A stretch of 19,223 nt of DNA from Hormoscilla sp. (GCA_051439505.1 JBFRWI010000039.1:1-19223); one strand, 5' to 3'; shown: positions 8,086 through 17,293, numbered from the stretch's first letter. The notes: generated by a model from the letters alone, not told the origin. A program made the numbers and translations.

Positions 8086-9672
8086 TCACTGTTTTGTTAA
8101 TTTCCACAACCATACCTGATCCCTACTATCCTTGTTGAGCTTGTCAACGGGCTCTATCTTAACATGCTGCTGTTTTTCCAGTTCAAAACGTAATACCGTG
8201 GCTGGTCCATATAAAAATATATCACTAAAACCCTCGGAAATCTTAGATACAGTTGGTTTAAAAAATAGCTGAAACTGGACTTGGGGCTCCAGCAGATAGC
8301 TCAAAGATATTACATTTCCCAGGCTAGCATCAGAAAGGTCACTCACCACAAGCTGGTCCTTTCCTTGGTTAACGATCTCAGCTACTTGGGGATTTTCAGA
8401 GAACCATTCCTTACTCCACCAAGTCTGGGCCTGGGAACTGATAGCGCTAGCTACCACTCCACTTGACACCACCAGGATTGTAATTATTTTCCACAGCTGC
8501 TGTTCCCTGTCTTTAATAGAGCTAGAGATAATTTTACTGGTCAATAGGTAAGCAACAGCTATCTGAATCCCTAAATAGCAGGGGAATAAATACCTACCTT
8601 TAGTTGAACGTATTCCTCCCCAGATTAAATCTGGCAGGATTACTGCTAGGGCTGTCACCCCAATTAACGTTAAAATAAATAACCAGACCCGTTGGGGACT
8701 GTGACCGCAGAGAAAATAAATCCCATATCCTACTAAAATTAACAGCATTAAAGCAGCAGATGTAAAAGGAATTAAATATATAGATGGGGAATCAGAGGTG
8801 ATACCAAAATCAAAAAACACGCGACTGAGATTCCCCACCCAATTTTTTACCAAAGATAATCTGTCTAATTCTCCTTGAGACCAGTTAGTTCTCCCAGCTG
8901 CTTTGGTAAAGTTAGCGATCAGAATTAGAATCCAAGGAGCAAATACCAGCAGTGCCGCAATTGAGGCTAGCAGGTAACTGGCTATTGTCTTAGTCCACCG
9001 GCACCCTTGCTTGACCACTACATAGATGCCATGTCCAATGGCAACCAATCCACAAAATAGATGAGTATATAGCCCCAGTGCCACCGTGGCTGAGTAAATG
9101 CCCCAACTGAACTTAGTCTGTATGCGTATTGATCTTAGCAGTGAGGCGCAGGATAGCAAGACCATCACTGGATATAAACTATAGGGTCGTGCTTCTTGAG
9201 CGTAGAGGATGTGGAAGGGTGAGACTGCTAGCAGTCCCATTGCCATCCATGCCACTTCTGGTTCTGCAAATAATTCTTGGCACAGCCAATATAGGCAAGG
9301 GAACGCCAGCAGACCGATCGCAGCAGACAAACTTCTGATTGCTGCTACGGAATGACCCAGCCCCTGCACCCAAAATCTCGCCAGTACAAAATAAAGGGGT
9401 GGCAGTTGAGGTTCTTCTACTGCCAACCCCTTTATAGTATCAATAACTCCTTTTTCCTGATTGGGGTGCTGGTACTTCTGTAAGTCTGGGATGCCAATCA
9501 CCTGACCGTCAGAGACTTGCTGAACTGCTTCAGTCTCTGTATAGCCAGATACCCGTAATGAAGTAAAGACTTCGTCATACCAATAGAATTTGCCGTCAAG
9601 GTTCAGAAAGCGAAACCATACACCCAGCACCAGCAAGACTCCGATTAAAAACCTCAATCTGCTTTTTATCAT
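8086..9672 (-). CDS. GT-C fold membrane glycosyltransferase (GT39/PMT_2, ArnT-like)
   Basis: N-terminal TM followed by FYWYDEVFT (acidic loop), EEPQLPPLYF, RSLSA and SPFHILYAQEARPYSL; multiple TM segments; 528 aa. Confidence 0.85.
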   Translation of the reverse strand: MIKSRLRFLIGVLLVLGVWFRFLNLDGKFYWYDEVFTSLRVSGYTETEAVQQVSDGQVIGIPDLQKYQHPNQEKGVIDTIKGLAVEEPQLPPLYFVLARFWVQGLGHSVAAIRSLSAAIGLLAFPCLYWLCQELFAEPEVAWMAMGLLAVSPFHILYAQEARPYSLYPVMVLLSCASLLRSIRIQTKFSWGIYSATVALGLYTHLFCGLVAIGHGIYVVVKQGCRWTKTIASYLLASIAALLVFAPWILILIANFTKAAGRTNWSQGELDRLSLVKNWVGNLSRVFFDFGITSDSPSIYLIPFTSAALMLLILVGYGIYFLCGHSPQRVWLFILTLIGVTALAVILPDLIWGGIRSTKGRYLFPCYLGIQIAVAYLLTSKIISSSIKDREQQLWKIITILVVSSGVVASAISSQAQTWWSKEWFSENPQVAEIVNQGKDQLVVSDLSDASLGNVISLSYLLEPQVQFQLFFKPTVSKISEGFSDIFLYGPATVLRFELEKQQHVKIEPVDKLNKDSRDQVWLWKLTKQ

Positions 9673-9742
9673 AGCTAGCTATAACGCTCAGCATACTAAA
9701 AAACTGGTAATTTCCGGAAAATACCTTCCTCTAGGCGGTTGA

Positions 9743-9770
9743 CGCGGTTCGGATCCGCTCACCGACCGCG
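9743..9770. repeat. REP-like GC-rich hairpin
   Basis: cgcggttcgg...ccgaccgcg imperfect inverted repeat, similar to dispersed cyanobacterial palindromes. Confidence 0.45.
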
Positions 9771-9774
9771 ACGC

Positions 9775-9797
9775 AAAAAAGCCACCAGCAGCGTGGC
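9775..9797 (-). terminator. Putative intrinsic terminator after the omegaRNA-like element
   Basis: Minus strand reads gccac-gctgctg-gtggc followed by tttttt. Confidence 0.55.
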
Positions 9798-9824
9798 CAG
9801 TGACTATTTTGCTGCCTTTCGGCT

Positions 9825-9990
9825 CTCCCTAAAAAGGGGTAAAGTTTGCCTCGGTCATGTTAAAGGGGCTTTTTACATCTGACTCACACGGTCCTACAAA
9901 AATCCATTCGTTCCGTTCCTTAAAGCCAGACGACAGAGCTCACCCGTAGGTGTCATGACCCCCCTAACGTAGGTCTAATCCTGGACCTGC
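9825..9990 (-). ncRNA. Orphan IscB-type omegaRNA / HEARO-like scaffold, internally deleted
   Basis: Minus strand carries, in order, ccag...CTACGTTAGGGGGGTCATGACACCTACGGGTG, AGCTCTGTCGTCTGGCTTTAA, GTGTGAGTCAGA, AAGCCCCTTTAACATGACCGAGGCAAACTTTACCCC...GGGAG. This is the motif order I recall for RNAs upstream of cyanobacterial IscB (RRXRR-HNH) genes. Pairings visible in the sequence: 9959-9968 with 9859-9868, and 9923-9930 with 9878-9885. Confidence 0.72.
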
Positions 9991-10118
9991 ATCTTGCATC
10001 TTCCCGAGGGAGATAATTCCGGATATTGCCAGAAATTACCGGATTTTATGCAAGAGTCTATCAGATCTCTAAAACTGTGGAGACCCCACAGCGATCGGTA
10101 ATGCGCGTGCCTCTTGGT

Positions 10119-10238
10119 CTAGGACCGAATAATCTTATCCTTTTGGCTGACGAATATCAGGAACACCGTTGCGGGAATGACCACAATCACGCCCCCCAAT
10201 ACAAGGCTCCAAAAAAAATTTGCCAACGAAGGAGTCAT
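10119..10238 (-). CDS. psbX: Photosystem II protein X (absent from the ORF track)
   Basis: Translates to [39 protein letters not shown] (39 aa) with a GAGGA RBS just upstream. Divergent from yggT. Confidence 0.95.
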   Translation of the reverse strand: MTPSLANFFWSLVLGGVIVVIPATVFLIFVSQKDKIIRS

Positions 10239-10341
10239 AATCCTCACCCTCTGTCACTATAATTGCTTAAATCTTAATTTAAACCATCTGTCACAATATT
10301 GAACAGTTTTCTATGCTCTCCCATATCTAACAATCATATCT

Positions 10342-10623
10342 ATGTTTGCGAACACTGCCAGCCTTGTCCTCGGTCCGGTCCTGGGACTGATGATCTTTGC
10401 CTTCATCTTCCGGATCGTCTTCACCTGGTATCCCCAGGTAGATCTCAACCGCTTGCCCTTTAATCTGATTGCTTGGCCCACCGAACCCTTGTTAGTGCCA
10501 TTGCGCCAAATCGTGCCTCCTTTGGGTGGCGTAGACATTACCCCGATTATTTGGGTAGGGATCCTCACCCTCATCCGAGAAATTATCCTCGGTCAGCAGG
10601 GACTGCTAACCATGATGCACTAG
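10342..10623 (+). CDS. YggT family membrane protein
   Basis: [14 protein letters not shown]...[27 protein letters not shown] is the YggT signature. Converges on accC with a 4-nt overlap. Confidence 0.9.
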   Translation: MFANTASLVLGPVLGLMIFAFIFRIVFTWYPQVDLNRLPFNLIAWPTEPLLVPLRQIVPPLGGVDITPIIWVGILTLIREIILGQQGLLTMMH

Positions 10624-11957
10624 GTGAAGTGCTGTTCGACAAAATTGGTGTAGACCTCACCTTCATTGAATGCTTGTGTCTCCAAAATCTTTTGATGGAA
10701 AGGAATCGTGGTCGGTACACCCGTGATGGCGCATTCCCGCAAGGCCCGTTTCATCCGTTTGATCGCAGCCGACCGGTCATGTCCCCAGACAATTAACTTG
10801 CCGATTAAGGAATCATAGTAGGGTGGGATTTCATAATCTGTATAGACGTGAGAATCCATGCGGACGCCGGGACCGCCCGGAGGCAGATAACCACTAATCC
10901 GCCCGGGATGGGGACGGAAGTTGTGCGCGGGGTCTTCGGCATTGATCCGGCATTCGATCGCGTGACCCCGCCAAACCACTTCCCCTTGGGTTAAGGAAAG
11001 TTTCTCTCCCGAGGCAATCCGAATTTGTTCGGCAATCAAATCCAGAGAACAGATCATTTCGGTCACCGGATGCTCCACTTGAATGCGGGTATTCATCTCC
11101 ATGAAGTAAAAATGGCCATTTTTGTCCAGGAGAAATTCTACGGTGCCTGCCCCAGTGTAGTTGATGGACTGGGCCGCGATCTTCGCTGCTTGACCCATTT
11201 GCGATCGCAGTTCGGGTGTGAGGGCGGGACTGGGGGCTTCTTCCAGCAACTTCTGATGGCGCCGCTGAATGGAACAATCTCGTTCTCCTAGGTGAATGAC
11301 ATTGCCTTCGCTGTCGGCCAGAATTTGAAATTCGATGTGGCGGGGGTTCTCGATCAATTTTTCTATATAGACCCCAGCATTACCGAAGGCCGCTTCCGCT
11401 TCTCCCTGGGCTGCTTGCCAGAGTTTCACCAGTTCGCTTTCAGACCGCACCAGGCGCATCCCCCGTCCTCCGCCACCGGCTGTTGCTTTAATCATGACCG
11501 GATAGCCAATCTTCCGGGCAATGTCAAGGGCAGCTGTTTCATCTGCCACCAGTCCGTCACTACCAGGAACGGTGGGGACACCAGCACGCTGCATAGTTTC
11601 TTTGGCAGTGGATTTATCTCCCATCGCCCGAATAGCTGCTGGCGTCGGACCGATGAAAGCAATTTGGTGCTCGGTGCAAATTTCGGCAAATTTGGCATTT
11701 TCCGCTAAAAAGCCATAGCCCGGATGAATGGCCATAGCATTTGTTGTCAGGGCAGCGGCGATAATGTTGGGAATATTCAGATAACTTTTACCGCTGGGAG
11801 GTTCGCCGATACAAACGGCTTCGTCTGCCAGCTGCACGTGAAGGGCGTGCTGGTCGATCGTAGAATACACCGCAACGGTGGAAATACCCATTTCTGCGCA
11901 GCTGCGCAGAATGCGGAGGGCGATTTCCCCTCGATTGGCAATCAGAATTTTGCTCAT
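10620..11957 (-). CDS. accC: Acetyl-CoA carboxylase biotin carboxylase subunit
   Basis: [50 protein letters not shown] and [14 protein letters not shown] motifs. Start moved to ATG 11957 (445 aa) because the longer ORF runs through the tRNA. Confidence 0.96.
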   Translation of the reverse strand: MSKILIANRGEIALRILRSCAEMGISTVAVYSTIDQHALHVQLADEAVCIGEPPSGKSYLNIPNIIAAALTTNAMAIHPGYGFLAENAKFAEICTEHQIAFIGPTPAAIRAMGDKSTAKETMQRAGVPTVPGSDGLVADETAALDIARKIGYPVMIKATAGGGGRGMRLVRSESELVKLWQAAQGEAEAAFGNAGVYIEKLIENPRHIEFQILADSEGNVIHLGERDCSIQRRHQKLLEEAPSPALTPELRSQMGQAAKIAAQSINYTGAGTVEFLLDKNGHFYFMEMNTRIQVEHPVTEMICSLDLIAEQIRIASGEKLSLTQGEVVWRGHAIECRINAEDPAHNFRPHPGRISGYLPPGGPGVRMDSHVYTDYEIPPYYDSLIGKLIVWGHDRSAAIKRMKRALRECAITGVPTTIPFHQKILETQAFNEGEVYTNFVEQHFT

Positions 11958-12137
11958 ATTGCATCTTTGAGATCGGGGCACTGTATCTGTTAGCATAGAA
12001 GCTTGGCGGGACAAAGAGGAAGATGGCGATCTATAATCACCAATCGAGGTGTTGGCATGTTTGGTGTGCTTGGATAGTATAATTGAGATTGATCGGCCTC
12101 GTGAGAGTCTGGTTAATAAATTTTCCCCTCCTACCCC

Positions 12138-12166
12138 TTGACATGAGATAAATTCTAGTTTAGGAT
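12138..12166 (+). promoter_or_regulatory. Sigma70-type promoter for tRNA-Leu
   Basis: TTGACA (12138-12143), a 17-bp spacer, then TAGGAT (12161-12166); an extra TATAAT lies at 12168-12173. The tRNA starts at 12194. Confidence 0.55.
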
Positions 12167-12193
12167 TTATAATCATGTAAAGCGATCGCACAA

Positions 12194-12275
12194 GCGGATG
12201 TGGCGGAATTGGTATACGCGCACGTTTGAGGGGCGTGTGGCGCAAGCCTTGCGAGTTCGAGTCTCGCCATCCGCA
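12194..12275 (+). tRNA. trnL: tRNA-Leu(GAG)
   Basis: Acceptor stem gcggatg/catccgc, anticodon arm cacgt-ttGAGgg-gcgtg, long variable arm, T arm gcgag-ttcgagt-ctcgc, discriminator A. CCA is not encoded. Confidence 0.96.
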
Positions 12276-12302
12276 TTTTTGAATTGGTCCATTTTGGCCC
12301 AG

Positions 12303-12334
12303 AGGAGGAGCCGGTGGTATGCTCCTCCTGCTTT
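12303..12334 (+). terminator. Hairpin downstream of the tRNA, possible terminator
   Basis: 9-bp stem aggaggagc (12303-12311) / gctcctcct (12321-12329), followed by only a short T run. Confidence 0.45.
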
Positions 12335-12408
12335 AAATATATCCTGATGAGCAAAATGGATTAGCCAAGAGCGTTATGATGAAATAGAAGGTAAAGTTAT
12401 GTAAAGAA

Positions 12409-13029
12409 TTGACGGCAATTGTTAGACCCAGCAATCTAGTTCAGCGGCCCAGGGCATGGCATGCTCTGAGACCCCTTTGGCAGGGGGGAGAGGAAATCGT
12501 TCAGCAAGGATTGCCTCACAGCCAGCTAGCACCGGCATGGCAAATGCTGCTGCTAGGAGATGGTTCCCCGACGCGCCACCTGCAACTGCTTACGGGGGAA
12601 GCAACGGAGGTGGACGTGCTCGATATGTCTCATATTGGTATGGATGCAGATGGTGCTCCGGTGCAAATTCACAGAGTTCCCGGGCCACGGCTTCGGCGGC
12701 AAGTGTGGCTGCGAACTGCTTCCGGACAGCGGTTGGCCTATGCTACGTCTTGGTGGGAAGCCAGCCATGTAGATGAGTATTTGCAGAATCGATCTTTGCC
12801 TATTTGGGCAAGTTTGGCTCGCCTGCGGACCGAGTTATATCGAGATGTTCAAGGAATTTACTATGGTCAGGAACCGGCTTTAGACTGTGCCTTTGAACAG
12901 TCCGGACCGTTTTGGGGGCGTCACTACCTGTTTTGGCATGATGAACGCCCCCTCACTCTGATTTATGAAGTTTTTTCTCCTTACTTGAGCAAGTACCTCG
13001 GTCCGATGCAGCTAGATATTAACGGCTAA
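12409..13029 (+). CDS. ubiC: Chorismate pyruvate-lyase (UbiC/Ycf21/DUF98 family)
   Basis: WQMLLLGDGSPTRHLQLLTG, RRQVWL, LAYATSWW, PFWGRHYLFWH and LTLIYEVFSP match the cyanobacterial family. TTG start. 11-nt convergent overlap with purF. Confidence 0.85.
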   Translation: MTAIVRPSNLVQRPRAWHALRPLWQGGEEIVQQGLPHSQLAPAWQMLLLGDGSPTRHLQLLTGEATEVDVLDMSHIGMDADGAPVQIHRVPGPRLRRQVWLRTASGQRLAYATSWWEASHVDEYLQNRSLPIWASLARLRTELYRDVQGIYYGQEPALDCAFEQSGPFWGRHYLFWHDERPLTLIYEVFSPYLSKYLGPMQLDING

Positions 13030-14497
13030 CGGTCTCCAGCATTAACTTGGACTGTTTGAGGGGTTCTGGTATGGTAATCGGGTAATCTCCAGTGAAGCAG
13101 GCAGAACAGAAGCTATTGGGGTCTTCTCCTGTGGCTTGGAGCATTCCTTTCCAGCTGAGATAAGCTAGGGAGTCAACGCCAATTTGCCCTTCGATCTGCT
13201 TTGTAGACTTGGTGGCAGCAATCAACTGGTTTTGAGAGTCGGTGTCGAGGCCATAAAAGCAGGGATGGGTCACTGGCGGTGATGAAACTCGCATGTGGAC
13301 TTCTTTGGCCCCAGCTTCTCGGAGAGCTTTGACCAGGAGGCGACTGGTATTGCCCCGGACGATCGAGTCATCGACGATGGCGATCCGTTTTCCAGCCAGA
13401 ACATCTTTGAGGGGGTTGAGCTTCATGCGGATGCCAGTCTCCCGCATTTTCTGAGTTGGCTGGATGAAGGTACGACCGACGTAACGATTTTTGATCAAAC
13501 CTTCGGCGTAGGGAATGCCAGACTCTTGGGAAAAGCCAATGGCTGCTGGGATACCCGAGTCGGGAACGCCGATGACCATATCTACATCTACTGGTGCTTC
13601 TTGGGCTAGATAGCGGCCCAGTCGCATCCGGTAGCTATAGAGGCTTTCACCTTCCATGACGCTATCTGGACGGCCAAAGTAAATCATCTCAAAGATACAG
13701 AGCTTTCGAGCTGGCAAGCCAGTCCAGTGGAAGGAGGCCATTCCGGCTTCTGTGATCCAGACTAATTCTCCGGGTTCGACATCCCGCAGATATTCGGCTC
13801 CAATGATTTCTAAGCCGCAGGTTTCCGAGGCGAGTACGTAGCGGTGGGGATGATTTTTTAATATGCCAATTACCAGGGGACGAATGCCGTTGGGATCGCG
13901 CACTCCCATTAACCCCGCTGGGGTGCCGATGACTAAACTAAAAGCTCCCTGGCAGCTGCTAAATGCACTGATGGCCCCTTCTAACCATTCTTTGCCGCTG
14001 TTGACCTCTGAGGCGATCGCGTGGGCAATCATTTCCGAGTCGGTGGTGGCGAGCAAGTTACAGTTGCGCTGTTCTAATTTTTGGCGCAGTTCTAGGGTAT
14101 TGACAATATTTCCATTATGTGCTAAGGCCAGAGTTCCCAAGCGAGTTTCTACCACAACTGGCTGGGCATTGACAAGGTGGGAAGAACCGGTGGTGGAATA
14201 GCGGACGTGACCTACAGCTATGCTACCGGTCAGTTGGCTGAGAATAGTTTCGTTAAACACCTGAGACACTAGCCCCATATGTTTGTGAAGATGTACTGTT
14301 TCTCCCGAGAAGGTGACAATTCCTGCTGACTCCTGACCCCGGTGCTGGAGGGCGTACAGACCGAAGTAGGCGAGTTTGGCAACATCTTCCTCTGGGGCGT
14401 AGATGCCAAAAACGCCACAGGCTTCTTGTGGCTTATCCTGGTGGGAAATGCAGCTAGGGTCGGATGCTTCTGTGTAGGGGGAATCGTTGGGAATCAT
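13019..14497 (-). CDS. purF: Amidophosphoribosyltransferase
   Basis: Propeptide ending at EA/CGVFG, ALQHRGQESAG, GHVRYST, HNGN and the PRPP motif IVDDSIVRGNT. ATG 14497 has a GGAG RBS upstream. Confidence 0.96.
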   Translation of the reverse strand: MIPNDSPYTEASDPSCISHQDKPQEACGVFGIYAPEEDVAKLAYFGLYALQHRGQESAGIVTFSGETVHLHKHMGLVSQVFNETILSQLTGSIAVGHVRYSTTGSSHLVNAQPVVVETRLGTLALAHNGNIVNTLELRQKLEQRNCNLLATTDSEMIAHAIASEVNSGKEWLEGAISAFSSCQGAFSLVIGTPAGLMGVRDPNGIRPLVIGILKNHPHRYVLASETCGLEIIGAEYLRDVEPGELVWITEAGMASFHWTGLPARKLCIFEMIYFGRPDSVMEGESLYSYRMRLGRYLAQEAPVDVDMVIGVPDSGIPAAIGFSQESGIPYAEGLIKNRYVGRTFIQPTQKMRETGIRMKLNPLKDVLAGKRIAIVDDSIVRGNTSRLLVKALREAGAKEVHMRVSSPPVTHPCFYGLDTDSQNQLIAATKSTKQIEGQIGVDSLAYLSWKGMLQATGEDPNSFCSACFTGDYPITIPEPLKQSKLMLETVSR

Positions 14498-14634
14498 TTT
14501 TGCTCCGCTAGTATTGGGCGATACTGCTGCGCAGTCGCTGGGCGAACGGGGAAAGATGGTCAAGCTCCAATTGTTAAGCTTTTCTTAACTATCCCCTCCT
14601 TCAGGGTAGCGTAAAAATCAGATATCCCAGGGGC

Positions 14635-16971
14635 TCAGCCATGGAGTTGGCTCTCGATAGCGTTGTGGTAGCGCGAACTCATGTCTTTGACCGGAAGGTC
14701 GATTAAACAAACCCCATCTGCTGTTGAAATCTGTAAAGACTGGTCAGCACCGGTAACTACTCCTAGTTTTTGCCAAGAGAACTCTAGTTGCTGATTTAAA
14801 TAGGATTCCCAAGTTGGCGCGTACTCTGGCCCTACGGAAAGGATGATCCTGGATCCGCCTTCAGAGAAAAGCAGTTCGTCCCAACGCCATGCAGAGGGTA
14901 CATTGTTTAAGCCCAGGTTAATTTTAGCCCCTAACTGTCCGCTGATGCAGCCCTCCGCTAGGGCGATCGCGAGCCCGCCTTCTGCCGCATCGTGGGCCGA
15001 TCGCACCCAACCTTGACGAATGCCTTCGCGACAAGCGCCTTGCACTAGACGTTCTAAGTCAAAATTTACTACGGGAGGCTTTCCGGCTACCAGGCCGTGA
15101 ATGGTGGCTAGGTACTCGGAAGCCCCCAAATGGATTATATGGTTGGGTACGACTACTCCCAGGAGATAAATTAAATCCCCCTCGGCTTGCCAACCTTGAC
15201 CGCAAATCTTCGTAAGATCGGGGATTAATCCTACCATGCCGATCACTGGCGTGGGGTAAATTGCTTGGGGTTGGCTGTCGGCGTCGAGGGTTTCGTTGTA
15301 AAGAGATACGTTCCCGCCAGTCACGGGGGTAGAGAGTTCGCGACAGGCTTCTGCTATACCGCGACAGGCTTCTGCTAACTGCCAGTATCCGACGGGTTTT
15401 TCGGGACTGCCGAAATTGAGATTATCGGTGACTGCGAGAGGTTCGGCCCCTACACAACTGAGGTTTCTGGCGGCTTCGGCGACTACGGCTTTGGCTCCTT
15501 CATAGGGATGGAGATAGACGTAACGACTATTGCAATCTACTGTAGCGGCTATTCCCCGTTGCCAATTGTTTCCGGGGGAGTTTAGAGGACGCAATCGCAT
15601 GACGGCAGCATCGGCTCCACCGGGTAAAATGACTGTATTGTTCTGCACTTGATGGTCGTATTGGCGATAGACCCAGCGTTTTGAGGCTATGGTACTGGTA
15701 GAGAGCAGGTTGAGCAAAATTTCATTCCAGGTCTGAAACGTTCCTTTAACTTCTATGCCGGTATCTGTTGGTGTTGGCAGACTGTTCGCCCACCATTTCC
15801 AAGCTGTTTGGGCGTACTCTGGGGGTTCTTTGAGTAGCGATCGCTCGTAGATGGGAGTATTGTCTGCTAAGGCGGATGCGGGAACTTCTGCTGCGATTTC
15901 ACCTTGGAATAAGATTCTCACTATGGGTTCGGATATGACTGTGCCGGCAACGACGGCGTGGAGTCCCCACCGGTGGAAAATGTCAATTAATTCTTGTTCC
16001 CGGCCTTTTTGGGCGACAAATAGCATCCGTTCTTGTGATTCTGAGAGCAGATATTCATAGGGGACCATGCCTGTTTCCCGCACGGGGATTTTATCTAGGT
16101 CTAGTTCGATGCCGACATTGCCTTTGGCTGCCATTTCTGATGTGGAACAGGTGATGCCTGCTGCTCCCATGTCCTGGGCGGCGACTACGGCCCCGGTATG
16201 ATAGGCTTCTAGACAGGCTTCGATGAGGGATTTTTCCAGAAATGGATCCCCGACTTGTACTGCGGGGCGATCGTCTGCTGATTTATCGGTGAGTTCGGCG
16301 CTGGCAAAGCTGGCTCCGCCCATGCCGTCTCGTCCGGTGGTGGAACCGACGTAGAGTACGGGGTTGCCGATGCCGGTTGCGCCTGATTTGACGATTTCTG
16401 GGGTTTCCATTAATCCCAAGGCCATGACGTTAACGAGGGGATTGCCGGAGTATGCTGGATCGAAGTAGACTTCGCCTCCTACTGTGGGTACTCCTACGGA
16501 ATTACCGTAACCGGCTATTCCTGCGACGACGCCTGTGAAGATCCGGCGGGTTTTGGCCTCTGTTAGGGTACCGAACCGCAGGGAGTTTAATAGGGCGATC
16601 GGGCGCGCTCCCATGGTAAAGATATCTCTGAGGATGCCCCCTACTCCGGTGGCGGCTCCTTGAAAGGGTTCTATGGCTGAGGGGTGGTTGTGGGATTCTA
16701 TTTTGAATGCTAGGCGCAGTCCGTCCCCTAGGTCTACTACTCCGGCGTTTTCTCCGGGTCCGACTAGCACCCGATCGCCTGTGGTGGGAAACTGCTTGAG
16801 TAGTGGTCTGGAGTTCTTGTAGCAGCAATGTTCCGACCACATGACGCCGAACATTCCCAGTTCCGCTTTGTTGGGATGACGCCCCAAGCGCTCGACTATT
16901 TCTTCGTATTCTGATAGGGTGAGACCTTCGGCGGCTATTTCTTCGGGGGAGAAGGGTACGGTGGTAGTCAT
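14635..16971 (-). CDS. purL: Phosphoribosylformylglycinamidine synthase subunit II
   Basis: [50 protein letters not shown] and LSESQERM motifs; 778 aa. Confidence 0.97.
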   Translation of the reverse strand: MTTTVPFSPEEIAAEGLTLSEYEEIVERLGRHPNKAELGMFGVMWSEHCCYKNSRPLLKQFPTTGDRVLVGPGENAGVVDLGDGLRLAFKIESHNHPSAIEPFQGAATGVGGILRDIFTMGARPIALLNSLRFGTLTEAKTRRIFTGVVAGIAGYGNSVGVPTVGGEVYFDPAYSGNPLVNVMALGLMETPEIVKSGATGIGNPVLYVGSTTGRDGMGGASFASAELTDKSADDRPAVQVGDPFLEKSLIEACLEAYHTGAVVAAQDMGAAGITCSTSEMAAKGNVGIELDLDKIPVRETGMVPYEYLLSESQERMLFVAQKGREQELIDIFHRWGLHAVVAGTVISEPIVRILFQGEIAAEVPASALADNTPIYERSLLKEPPEYAQTAWKWWANSLPTPTDTGIEVKGTFQTWNEILLNLLSTSTIASKRWVYRQYDHQVQNNTVILPGGADAAVMRLRPLNSPGNNWQRGIAATVDCNSRYVYLHPYEGAKAVVAEAARNLSCVGAEPLAVTDNLNFGSPEKPVGYWQLAEACRGIAEACRELSTPVTGGNVSLYNETLDADSQPQAIYPTPVIGMVGLIPDLTKICGQGWQAEGDLIYLLGVVVPNHIIHLGASEYLATIHGLVAGKPPVVNFDLERLVQGACREGIRQGWVRSAHDAAEGGLAIALAEGCISGQLGAKINLGLNNVPSAWRWDELLFSEGGSRIILSVGPEYAPTWESYLNQQLEFSWQKLGVVTGADQSLQISTADGVCLIDLPVKDMSSRYHNAIESQLHG

Positions 16972-17040
16972 GGAATTTTGGTAAATGCTGACATGTTTAT
17001 TGTATAGTAAGTCTAAATGAATTATTGACTTTGCTGTTAT

Positions 17041-17218
17041 CCCGCCGGGTGTTCAAACCCAAAGGCTAGAGGCTAAAGTCGGTTGAAACTGAGATCTTGC
17101 ACCATTCTTTCAATAAGCCTCCTGGCCCGCCGTGGGTTCAAACCCACGGCTAATAGCTTAAGTGGGTTTGAACCCACTGGACGCCTTGGCTCTTAGCTTC
17201 TGGTTTTAACCAGAAGCT
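17041..17218. repeat. Cluster of REP-like palindromes (two related units plus a third hairpin)
   Basis: Degenerate unit 17041-17092 and intact unit 17126-17180 (gccgtgggtt-ca-aacccacggc, taatagctta, agtgggtt-tg-aacccact). Third hairpin agcttctggtt-tt-aaccagaagct at 17195-17218. Confidence 0.75.
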
Positions 17219-17261
17219 GCTTGTTGCAACAGATGCAATATATAAGTTTAAACAGACCAAT

Positions 17262-17293
17262 AAACAATGTTACCATTAATGGTAACATTGTTT
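17262..17293. promoter_or_regulatory. Perfect 32-bp palindrome, candidate operator
   Basis: aaacaatgttaccatt|aatggtaacattgttt has 16/16 pairs and no loop. The palindrome is certain; a regulatory role is inferred. Confidence 0.5.

Noticed and set aside
9805..9852. c-di-GMP-I riboswitch (minus strand GGCAAAC...GAAA...GCAAA upstream of a glycosyltransferase)
   Set aside because: The spacing and P2 stem do not fit, the GACGCAAAG block and P3 are absent, and GAGGCAAACTTTACC is better explained as the omegaRNA 3' motif.
10026..10262. 78-aa plus-strand ORF
   Set aside because: Antisense shadow of psbX with no recognisable motifs.
11958..12245. 96-aa N-terminal extension of AccC in the ORF track
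   Set aside because: It runs antisense through tRNA-Leu and its promoter, and homology begins at [11 protein letters not shown].
12160..12354. 64-aa minus-strand ORF ([28 protein letters not shown])
   Set aside because: Spurious translation of the tRNA antisense strand.
12194..12400. Integrative element at tRNA-Leu
   Set aside because: No duplicated tRNA 3' end and no integrase are visible; core genes flank both sides.
762..16840. Remaining short ORFs nested in or antisense to wzy, wza, wzc, the GTs, accC, ubiC, purF and purL
   Set aside because: They overlap well-supported genes and show no domain motifs; treated as shadow ORFs.
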